Origin: Lingula anatina
Taxonomy: Eukaryota; Animalia; Brachiopoda
Length of the DNA: 64,000 bases
Reading direction: 5' to 3'
Assembly (NCBI GenBank): GCA_051362555.1
Contig: CM120642.1
Coordinates: 10,478,001-10,542,000, forward strand
Under the pieces are notes generated by a model, which ran no database searches, had not been told where the DNA came from, and was given only the letters and a program-made list of their open reading frames with translations. Shown here piece by piece: positions 37,101 to 49,500 of this stretch. The translations under genes were made by a program, and so were the position numbers. The number at the start of each line of letters is the position of its first letter. The stretch's first letter is position 1.

Positions 37101-40100
37101 TTCAGCTAATGGAATGCGTGTGAGGGACCTACTACCCACAGCTGACTGGCTCCATGATTTCATCAATACTACCATCCTGGCCACCAAGGAGGTGGTTGAC
37201 CACTATGCCAGTAGCATGGTGTCTCCAGACCAGGTAGAATAGAACACTACAGAAAGTCAGTTACTGGTAGAATTTTAAACAGATTTTCTCTAAAATTTCA
37301 GGCAATTTTCCAAAAGTTTTATCTAGGATTGAATACGTGTATTTGTTGTTGTTATACTTTGTTGTATTTTCAGGTCCTGTTGGGTCTACTTCAAATTCCA
37401 GTCTTAAATATCCAAGCTGACTCTGTTCAAACTACAGATGTGACCAATGAAACCCTTGGTAATGTTACTGAATCAGCCAATCAAACCCTTACCAATGTTA
37501 CGGAATCAGCCAACGAGACCATTACCAATGTAGCAGAGAGTGTTGTGCAGATGACCTTTAACATTTGCAATAGCAGTGTTACAATTGCATCACTGTTGGG
37601 TGTCACCAACTCTGCCAATCTGGACAGGCTGCACGAAATGGTTTGTAATTCCACCATACAGACGGCAATGTTAACTGAGCTAATGAGTGACTCCGCACTA
37701 TCTGCTATACTACAGGTAAAAAAAATTAGAATTGTTTTTATCTGTGAAGAACAACTCACCATGTTATACGTACTTAATTTGTATCACTAAGCCTCATATT
37801 GTCTTTTTAAAACAGATGTACATGATCATTCATATAGTTACATAAGATTAATCATTTAAAATTAGTAGATTTTTACCTAAGTTTTGATTGGATAAATCAC
37901 ATTATTTTAATGCTCTAGACTGTCTACAAATTCAAAGATTGTATTAGAATAGTAGTTAACCAACCAGACATTCCTTTTAGCTTTGGCAATGATTCATTAT
38001 TTGAAAGCTCTAAACCCTTAAATTTACTTGTATATATAAAATTTACGGAACTATATTATGTTTACTTGGTAAGAAAAGTTCATTTTGCTTTGATTTTGTG
38101 AATAAAAAGGCAATACTGTAATACTTCTACATTTTGGAACTTTTCACTCTGACTTCAGATGCAATCTGTTAATCTGACTGAAGTGCCAAATGTCCAGCTG
38201 AACTGGACAGCGGTCCAAGGCAATATGAACTCCTTGATGGCCACCTTTATGCAGCTGATGTCCTACAATGGCACATACCTTACAGACACACCCATCACCT
38301 CTCTCCTGGGGTCGCTGGAGACACTACAGCAGTCTATGATGCAGTTCAATGTGACAAGGTGTTTGATATATAAACTTACCTGCAGAAAGTGTAGCTTAAT
38401 ATGACCAAGAACAGCTGTATGTTAGAAAAATTCAACTTTGACTTTAATTGTGAAAATATTGATTCAGAAATGATTCCAGAAGTGCCTTATTATCTTTTTT
38501 TATGGGAAATCTGATAGTAGGAAAAAGTAAAATGATATATAATGTTGGGCAATAGAAAATAAACAAGTGGATTGAAAAAAGTATATTATTGTTCTTTCAG
38601 TTATTTGAGCAGTTTAAGCAGTCTTTATACAATTCTGGATGATCCCAGCTTGGCCAACAACAGCATGTTGTCAAGTGTCCTGAATGTGACCCAAAGCTAC
38701 CTGGGCACAATACAGAGTCAGCTAGATCTCATGTCAGCACAGTTGGAGAAAATTAATGGCAAGTATATTATATAATAATAATAAAGTTTTATAATTATTA
38801 TGTGATATAGTAATTAGTAGATGTTATTAGCAAATATTTATGTTAATTATGGCATGTACTATCCAGGGTGTGTTTGATACAGGGTATATAATTTTAGAAC
38901 AATTTGACCTTGCCATTGTAATTTTTCACATCTGTAACTATATATATATATATATATTCAATAATGGTACGTGTGTCACAATAAAGAGTGATAAATAAAA
39001 GTGCATGTCGAGAATTGCACTGTGTGCATTGATGTTTTTAAGTATTTTTGCCTTGTTTTTGTCTAAATTTTTTTGCTCAGAACTGATGAGAAGAAATATT
39101 ACTGATTAAAAATTACTTAATTATTTTAGCTAATACTACCTCCATCATAGTCCTGGAGGATTTTCTCACTGCTGAGGTGAGGAAGGTTACAGCACTCATT
39201 GATAACTTGCCTGTACTGATGCAGTTTGCCTTGGAGTTTGTCACCACTGAACATAGGAACTTTTCACAGGTAAGTTTAATGACATTGTGTCTTAATTAAA
39301 ATTTATAACCTAAATATCTTTTACTCTCATATACCCACATTTACATAACATTCAAGTTACTTTGATTCTGATTTGAACTTATTGGTGCAAAAAAAAAAAA
39401 AAAAAGAAAAAAAAGGAAGTCATTAACTAGTAGTAATTAGGTAAGATATGCTTAAAATATGTAAGTATCAGACTCTGTGCCTCATTTTTCAATGATTTTA
39501 TTATTATTATTTTTTTTTTGTTTTGTTTTTCAGTTTAACCAAAGTCAAGAGAATATCATCGTGTCCCTTTGCTACAATGTGACCACTTTTGAGGCATTTT
39601 TTGGAGTGAACACCACCAACAGTGAGGTGAATTCAACACACCTGCAGTCTCTGCTGTGTGAGGCATTACAGCTGAATACAACTACACTGGTGACAGAACT
39701 GACTCAGAGTCAGAGCACAGAGGTTGCCAGTATGGTAGGTAATAAGGCTTTGATATTCAGAGCCTAACTTATTAATGCAGGTGAACTAACCAGTATTGAA
39801 TAAATGAACACAAAAATTCAACATCGCCTTGTGCTGGTGTATGTTGATATAAATACACATACATACATACACACATGTACATGCACTCACATACGTGCAC
39901 ACACACATACACACATGCATCCCTTCGTACAACACATACACACATGCTTATGTGCACATCACAATTATTTTGTAACAATTGCATCACACAATTGTTGATT
40001 TTTAATGGTTGTTTATTTTACATCATCATGCTGCTCATCTTCAAAAAAGCCAAGTATGTTATGTGAATGACAATATTATTTCAGATCATGTCAGCGACTG

Positions 40101-43100
40101 GGCAGACCACGACTGCCAACTTCACTACTCTACAGAATAGCATCAACCGGTACATGGCAGCTCTTGCTGCAGTCCAGTCCCTCAATATTAGCATCCCACA
40201 GTTTAGTCTGACAGGGAATGATGCTGACAACTTTAATGTCACCATGTGGCAGACCCTGGTCATGAGTTATCTACCAAGGTTGATGGAGCATGTAACTACA
40301 AAGTAAATATCTGCCCATACATTTTGTAGAATATTTGGCTTTGCTTTATACAGAGAAGATATAGAATTACATGTGATGCAGTTGTTTAAGAATATTCCTG
40401 TTCATATTAAGTTTCAATCAAAGAAAAATACATTTTTAGACAATTTAGGTTTTTGTTCTTAGGATGATTTCAATTAAATAGCTTGATGTTCTAGATTTTC
40501 ATCTTTTTGAAAGCAGTTATCAAATAAGATAATTTTTGTATGATAAATACATGTGTTTAAAAACTTAAACAATTAAGGTATTAATTTTCTTTTGAATTCA
40601 AAGATAACAAACATACCTATGTTTTTTATAGATAATATTTTTTAATTCGAAGTAGATTGACAGGTTTTCATTCCCCAAAGATCATAGACCATAGGGATGG
40701 GTATACTACAAATTAGTGATATGTCAATTATTTTATCTGAAACAAATTATTCATTGTTGCAGTATGGGGTCTACTTGTGATGCAGTGCTATCTTTGGTGG
40801 CCACTCAACATGGAGGTACGATGGACATGAGTGGCCTCTATGTTAACAGCCAGGTGACAGATATGATACACAACCTGGTGGTCCAAGGATCAGGTGAGAA
40901 ATTTGGATTGTGTTATCGATTTTATCTCTTTTGCCCTATATAGTTCTTAACAAAGTTCATAGCATGCTTTACAGTATTATTGTTTCATTAATTTTCAAGG
41001 TCATTTTTATTTCATAAAATTTATATATTTTGTAAAGATAAAGACCAGTTGTTAACATTTTATGTAACTTTATTATGTCAACAAAATTTCAGTGTGACGT
41101 TGTTTTACCCTTGACTCATTGATAATATAAACTTATAATATTACAAAAATGCAGAATGTACAAACCCACCATGTAAACCCAGTAGGATTTCAATGGTAAA
41201 AACCCGTAATAAAATCTCAGATTAAGCAGTTTCATTGAACAGAAACAACATCAGTGACTTACAATGACAGAATTTAATGTAATTTTAATAAAAGCTTTTC
41301 ACGTTAACTTTATTGCACATCAAAACAATCCCCAGTTTTCATCTTAAGTCATCAATTTCAGGTCTTAGTGGACTTCTCTGTGACTACATGTCAATGAATA
41401 GTACAGCAACTATGATGACTGCAATGGACATACAGACTAGGATTATGAATGTAAGTTAAACTGGGAGTGAGATAAAAGTCATATGCTAGCCAGTGGCATA
41501 ATATAAAAGTAACACAGGTAAATGATAAACATTCTATAACTTTCTAAAATGTATATTGATTTTGCTCATAATTTTTGTTCTTAAGAAAAAATAAATAAAT
41601 AAAAAATAGCAATGTCCAGTTCACTATGTTCTGACTCTGGATGAAGTATATGAACGACACTAGATGGATATAGCCAAGGATAAAGTACTTAGCAGTAACT
41701 GAGCCTTCAGTTCAACAATTTTATGATATTTCCATGCAGTGAAGATTTCCTTGTTATATTTTATCTAACATTTAATAAATAACCCTGTATTAAAATATCT
41801 CATTGGGTCAGAAAAATTTCTGTGATTATTTTTTTTATGAGCAATTCTGTTAAGTATAGTAAAACTGAAAGTATGACAATGAAAAATTGGTAATGAAAAT
41901 GAAAAAGATTACTGCTACAGTACCAGAAAAGGATGATGTCATGAACTGATTCATTATATACAAATGCCTTATGTTACTTCTCTGAGGTTAAAGAGAATGG
42001 GCAAATATGTCTTGGTGATCTTCATTTGATGAGTTTTCTGACTGTTCATCAGGTAATGTCTCCAGATTTGAAATTGTGTATCTTCTGACTCGTGCAGGCC
42101 GCCTGGGTTGTGAAGGTGTTGGTGCAAAGAGTAATCTATACAACCTTTGAAAAAAGCTGTGGTTGTCTTCAACACTGGCTCCAGTAAATGAGGATGAGAG
42201 TATGGATGCTGGAGCACTTTCTCTGCGATTTCTTGCAGCCTTCTGAAAGATATGAATAATGAATGAAATAAAAAATATTTGAAAAAAAAAATAGACAAAT
42301 TGATGGATAAAAATGGTTTAATTTTTCTATTTATTGTACATTCTTGTTTGCTGTTTTTGTGCTCTAGCCAGGGTCCAAAAGCTATTATTTTACTGAATTA
42401 AAAAAAAAAAAATTGTTTTTTTAGGATTAAAAATAAGAAGTATTAGAAAGTTGTACATAAGAAGGTAGTATTTTCAAATTGCTGAATCGGCTGTTTTGTG
42501 AAAAATAAGAAGTACCAACTGATCAGTCAAAAGTCAGTTTAAAAACATTTGCAGGTATTGATGAATAATCCATATATTCATGAGTCATTGTTTACCTAAG
42601 GAGTTGGTGCAATTTGATAGATTGGGGAAACCCCTTTCACCCTCTATAAATAGGTCATAGCTATATTCCAAGTTATTTAGTGAATAAAAAAGAATTGAAA
42701 TGTAAAAAAGAAAAGAATAGGTAAAAATGAAAGAGAAATATGGAAAATTATTATAATAGCTTAAATTATGTGGAATGTGACAAAATTTATTTGTGGAATT
42801 ATTTTTGTCTCACCTGTACTTTTTCATGGTGATCCTTGTACTCCATATTGAGGTCATCGCTTATTTTTCTCAAGTCAAGTCCTATCTCATTATGTGCTCT
42901 GGCCTGCATCATGGAAGAGACATTAGGCAAAGAGAAAGCCCTTCCCCTCTGCAAAATAATAACCTCTCCAATGGCTTGCTCAGTTTGAACAGAATGTAGT
43001 TGTCTATGAGGGGCATAATCCTGTGAAAGACTGTCCTTGAAGGTCCCTAAGTCACTGTACTGTCCCCCTGTAGCACCAGGTATAGCAATGAGGCTTGCTG

Positions 43101-46100
43101 CAGCACCAGCACATTCTTCCTCTTCCTCTTCTTCCTTAGTGTCACCAACAACGAAGACGGCATGCTCCTCGCTATCCATCATGTTAAGGTCTTACTCATT
43201 TCAAAACGCCTTAGTGGTCTTGACTGGTTAACCTGTTTGTGCATGTATATTTCCAAGCTTATCCTGACACCTGCTGATCATGTAATAACTTGCAGTGTTG
43301 AACTGGACTGCTTGTATGCCAAGTGTATTGCAACAGTGCTGTAGGTTATCTAAATACTTACAGTAGTATCTACTGCGTAGAGGTCTCTTCAGTTCAAGAT
43401 TATTTGTTTACTGTACCTGCATATCAGGATAAGTGACAGCCAAATGTCAGCTGTTCACCTGGTAGTAAATGAATTTTTAACACTGAGTTTTATAATGATC
43501 TTTCACTGGTAACTCAAGTGACCTTTATGTTACCTCAAGAATTAGGCCGCCTTTTGTTTATGTGCGCTGGTGTTTTGGATCTGCTGTTAATCCTCAATAG
43601 TACTTGTATCCCTAGGCACTGCTGAATGGAATAATACACCTAGTGTCACCTTTTCAAATCATCTGCGGTATACATAAACAGGTATTATTGCCCAACTGTG
43701 AACATTTGCATCAATAGAAAAGTAAGATCATTGAAACCATAGGCCTCTAAGTTCTGAATGCCTCTGGAAGCTTGAAGTCACCTGTATTTATATACCTGTC
43801 AACTCAGCATTGTCATGGTCTATAAATAGCCCGCTTTCACCTGGCCAGAAAATTAAACCCCATTTTAAGCAAATAAATTTATGTCATCAATTTTTGAAAA
43901 TATGTTCATCCATCTCATCTAAAATCTATGTTAGTAATTTGATAGGTGGGTGATGATAGCATGATTTGTTTCATAGATTTATCCAGAATTTTAATAGATA
44001 AGAAGGGGATTACCAATTGCTCGTCACGTGTAAGGTTAGATGTCATGTTATTGTTTGGTTTGGCAACCTGGTCACATTCACATTTAATAGCTAAGAGTAT
44101 TTAAAAACTATTGAATGTTATGCTAATGGCTTCTATTAGTGAAATTAGAGAGGTATATGCTCAAAAAATAAATAGAAAATAAGTTCTTTTCTGCTTATTC
44201 GTTAATTTGAAAGTTTAAAAGTGTATTTATTTCTGTTCCATTGCTATCAGACACATGATTACACTAAGATAGAATCAGTTTTGGTCTGATAGCACCAAGT
44301 GTGAACTAGTCCCATAAAGTGGATGGTCACGTGATATTTCCAAACTGATCAAAGTGCAAACGGAATAGCTACCTGTTCAGGTTATTGTTTGTTAATATAT
44401 TTAGCTATAATCCTAATAACTAATTCCCCCCACAAGAAGTAAATAAAGGGAGTTTTCTATTTCTGGACTGTTAGATGGTTTTTACTGAGGGTTCTAATTC
44501 TGGACTCAGCAAATACAAAATGTGTGTTTTTTTTTTTAATTTCTTCCTGGTAGAGAGCTTGGCAGAACATATATTTATCAGTGATTTACTAATCATGTTT
44601 GAGGGCAGCTATTGCGCAGTATAGTATGGCATAAGGTTGTGCAATCTATATGAAGTAAAAAGTTTATAACTTTTAAGTTGGTTATTAATTAGAATAGTTA
44701 TTAAAATAGGTAATTTATGTGTTATGTTAATTTTTTGTGATTCATTTAAGATTTAAAAAGCATAGATGTGTCATGCAATTAACCACTGGGAAAACCTCCC
44801 ATAGTCATGTGTCATACATTTAATCATATTCCAACTTGGAGCAACCCAACTTTGAGTTTTCCATGATTACATGCCTTTGACTTCACTATTACTTACTTTA
44901 CATAAAAGTGAATTATTTGAAATTTTGACCCTGAAAAACAGGAACTTTGTTGTCATATACATTACTTTTACTTCATGATTTGATTTTGTCAATGGGGAAA
45001 ACTTATCAGTTTTTCAGATACATAATTTTTTGAGTCACTGAAAATGCTTTTACAATTTGTGTTGTTTTAAATGTATGGAATAGAACTATAAGGTAGCTTG
45101 CTTTTCAGATTTGCTGATACCACTCAATAGGAATGTTTTAATTTTAAGAATTTAAGACTTAAAAAATTACAGTTATTGTTTGTGTAAATTTTACAAGTGT
45201 TCCCATGCACTGAAAAGATTGAGTCATTACAATATTACACCTTGATTATCTTGCATTTGTGTTTAATTTTGTGTTCACAAATTTTTTAACCCCTGATTTA
45301 TTTCTTGGTTTTAAACATGACAAATGTGAATAATCTTTTGTCATGAATATAATTAAACACTTAATTTATTTCAAGCAAGAAACGGAATGAGCATATTAGA
45401 GTCCCTCCATCGTAGTGGTTATTTTGACTTAATTGATGTAAGGCCAGCTCAGGTGAAAGATAAAGGTGTGGCTTGTGTTAAGCAAGGGAAGAAATAAACA
45501 GACATGAGGTTTTTCCGTGGAAATGTGGAATTGCGCATTTTTTAAATTCAATTCTGATGGTTCCTGGGATGCGTCAAGGTCTGCAATGAAATCTGATTCA
45601 GAGATTTTTTTTTTTAGTAAATGGTGATCTGTTAACCATCTCTCAAGTCTAAATACCCGCCTCTTTCCGTTGTCTTCTCCTGGCATCAGTCACCTCAAAA
45701 TTCAAAAGCTCAAGAATTGAAACTTTGTCTTATTTTAGATATTATATATAACTACCAGTCTGAATGGGCTTTCCAGGTACATCACTGTACTTGTTTCAAC
45801 TTAGTTTGTACAAGGTGTACATCATTAAGTTGTTACACTAATTTCAGTGACGAGCTAGAGAATTGACCCCAGAACATCAGAAATTGACCCTGCAAATGAA
45901 TTAAACTGCAATTGAACTGCCAGAAAAATGGATATGTAAATAGCCATGACTATAGCATTCAACAGGCTCAAGGAGATGGCTAGAGGTTCCGAATGAGATC
46001 TATTCATAAAATGTGTATTTTATTTTACTGGAAATTGTCAAGTTTCATCTTCACATCATGGCATGACTCATTTATAACACTGTTATCCTAACCCTTTTCT

Positions 46101-46562
46101 TTAATGGTCTTGGTGTGAACCACTGTATAGTCGTACAATTCAAATACTTTTTTCTTTTAGATTGTACAAGTCCTCAGTAACTCCAGCATGCAGACTGGAA
46201 ATGACACCAACAGTACCAGCAGCACCATGACTTTACCATTCTCCTGTAGTGCCACACTGGCTAAAGAGACAGAGATCAGAAATTACATCACCAACTGGAT
46301 TAACAGCACCAATATCACTGCCCTGGCAATGTCTTGTATGCCGCAGAGTTATGGGGACATGTGAGTATCGGAATGTTCTTCTACAAACTGCAGTCCATTA
46401 GGATGCTTTTTATTTACATTAACTATGACATTCTTATTTGTAGACAATGATTTACATCTATAAATCTTTAAATGCAAACACTAAAAATTGAATGGGTAAA
46501 GTTTACTTATAGACTTCTTTAAATCTTCTAAATGAAGCTGTCCCTGGAATATACTATTTTTT

Positions 46563-46594
<32 letters not shown>

Positions 46595-49500
46595 ACATCT
46601 AAGTGTTGTTATGAACAGCTATTTTCCATTTCCCCTTTGACAAATTAATTTAGGAAGTAGGCTGTAGACCAACATCTATGCATCGTAAGGAACATCATAA
46701 ATTTCAAAACACAATATATTCTGTAAAAAAGCCTTTTATATCTGCCAACATCCAGTGTGTCAGGGACTTGCAGCAGTCTAGAGAGTATGTTAAGTGCAGA
46801 CCCGGGTTACAGCTCCATGGCGTCATACTTTGCTGCTCTGGCTCCTGTGCTGGAAGAGGTGTCTAACCAGCTGATGGGCAGTGGAGGTAAGGTTTTTAGC
46901 ATTATGCAGGTCGGTTAATTATGTATGAGTATTTAGAAATATTGATATTATTTCTTCTCACTTAAAAAAAAAATTATTTAACATAAAAAATAGAATATAT
47001 TAAACAATAGAAATGTGGAGTTGTAATGTTGGCAGTGAAGTTTATGTTAGGTGAAAACATTGATAATGTTTATTAATAGATATATTACTTATTTATTTTT
47101 GCAGCATTAAAAATTAATATTTATCTGGGCATATTTGTGAGTCATATTTTAATTTAAAAGAATGACAGATATTGGACATGACAAAAATAAAAACAAAAAT
47201 GATGCCAATTTTACATTAAAACACATGGCATCCTTTCACACTGTTGGTCCAGCATATTACTTAATCGGGAGAGGAGGGGGTTGAGAATAAAAAAAAAATA
47301 ATAAAAAAAAAATTATCACAGGGGTAAAGTTACTTTCATTCAGGTACATCATGTGATTGTGTTAGGTGAACTCAGTAATAATATGTAAAAGGCACATCCA
47401 GACACATTGGAATTAACTTTAATAGTAAAGACAAAAAAAAAAAAACCCTAACCAAGATAGGTATTAATTTTAGCTTTTGTTTTTGTGACTTTATTTGAAT
47501 CCTATTACATATAAATATTATTATTTAGATACTTGAAATGTTCTAATATTGATTTAAAAAAACTGTCAAGAAACATTTTAACTTTTCAGACATAAATGAT
47601 TTCCTCTGTGATGCTGTATCTGGTGACGTCTCAGCTTCAATGAGCAGAGCCATGTCTATACAACAGAGCATGCAACAGGTAAGGTTTTCTATAGCTTAGC
47701 AGTTTAACAGTACATGAGATTGGTGATGGCGGTATTTCAGAAATTTACCAGGATCTGCCCTTAGCTAAGATATGAGGATGTGTTTTGATCTGTTTATTTT
47801 TATGGTATTTGGTGCAGTAAATGGGCAGTTATGACTTTAAAAATGATTAGTAATATGTGTTTGATTTTGATTTTATGTAGATAGGTAAAAGAGGCAAATT
47901 ACCTACATGAATTTCTGTTAAACTTACAAACTGTATGTTTAAAAAGAATGATAAGGAGCAAAAAAATTTTTTTTTAATAAGTAAATCATATATATCTGAT
48001 TTTATCTCGGGGTGACAAAATGAAATATACTCTTTTTAGCATTTTAATTGAAGTCTTGTTAACATTACTAACTGACACTAATTTTTTATACCCTTAATCC
48101 TGAGAAATAATCATTTTTCAACACTATCTTTCATATAGCTGCTGTCCCTGATTAACAGTACCAGTATGGACGTTAGCAACAGCAATAGCAGTAACAGCAC
48201 TGCTACACCGTATACTGTCAGTTATAACTGCTCTGATGCTATGACCTTGGTGACAAAACTGACTAGCCTTGCTAATCCAGCAACATGGGCTCTTAACTAC
48301 ACCAGAGTTGTACAGTGCATGCCCTCATTCACTGAAACATCATTGTAAGTATTTCAATCTCTTTATTTAGATAATCTACACCAGAAAATATAATCATCTT
48401 GATTCAGCAAGTCTATAATTTTTGTTGAGTTTTTGTGTTTAGTCTTGTATGCTTGCATTTACTTTATGTGTATCCTGTCATGGATTTTAAAAAATATTAT
48501 CAACAAGGACTCACTGATAAGTTGAAATATTCAACTACTGTTTTTCCATTTTCATTATGTGTATCCAATTTTAAAACATTCTTGAAATATATCAAAATTA
48601 CCAGGATTCCCTTTGTTTCTTAATATCCAGCCTGACTGATACCTGTTCCTCAGTGAGTGCCATGTTAGACCCTGCAACTAAGACCATGTTTGCACTAGGG
48701 AACCAAGCAGCCAAGATGGTCCATCAGCAGGCTCTGGCACATCTGGGTAATTGCATCTTGGTTATTAATGTATTTGATTGGCAATGGTGCTTCATGGTGT
48801 TTTGTCTAGTTCATTTCTTCATTATTAATTGTGCAGAAGTATCCATGACTTTGCTCACTCTGCTTTGACAGGAGCTTCTGTATTTGTGCATTTTTTTATG
48901 TTTAAGCATATTATATGCATTTTCTGCCATCAAAATGATTTCTTTTCACCTGTGAATGTGCTCATGTATGCCAATCCTATTGGTGAGGAGTAACCTTAAG
49001 CTTTCAAACAAGTATTCAGTTGTAAAAAGGTTGAGAAGAGGATGCATCATATTTATCACATTGATATCCCACTTCATTGTAGATTTCCCTGGACTAGTGT
49101 GTGATGCTGTGGCCATGAATCAAGCTGGACTTATGGCTAAGATAACCAGCCTAAATACAACTGCCATGGACATCATGGCGATGGTGAGTTGTTTTATATT
49201 GGCTCTCTCCATTCAGTCATCTTCCATATTGTATATCTCCATAAACTTCAGTGTAGCCAGATCCATGAATCTATATATAATTGGTTTTCTATTTTTTTCT
49301 GTAGTATTTATTTAGGCATTAAAAGATGCTATCATTAAAAGGTATTTTCTGTATATGATTTATATTTTCAAACTCCTGTTATTATATTTTCTGAAATGTG
49401 TAGGTGATTCACTTTGTGTCCAGAATATTTCAAAATACTCACCAGAGTACAATGGCCTCCAATTATACTGTAGGTGTAAAACCAGTCAATTTAATGTGAA

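Noticed and set aside
39772-40066. His/Thr-rich ORFs
   Set aside because: Translation of a degenerate CA-rich intronic microsatellite.
41969-42298. 109-aa ORF-track call ([10 protein letters not shown].., superficially BH3-like)
   Set aside because: The phase-0 donor at 42814 puts exon 2 in another frame ([11 protein letters not shown]..); the listed ORF begins in intronic poly-T sequence.
44013-44030. CCAAT near CACG as an ER-stress element
   Set aside because: Spacing and sequence do not match CCAAT-N9-CCACG.
45739-45776. Possible small plus-strand ABCA exon ([13 protein letters not shown], phase 1-0)
   Set aside because: The exon at 41362-41450 already supplies the phase 1-0 link and carries the repeat's LCD motif; mutually exclusive use cannot be supported without transcripts.
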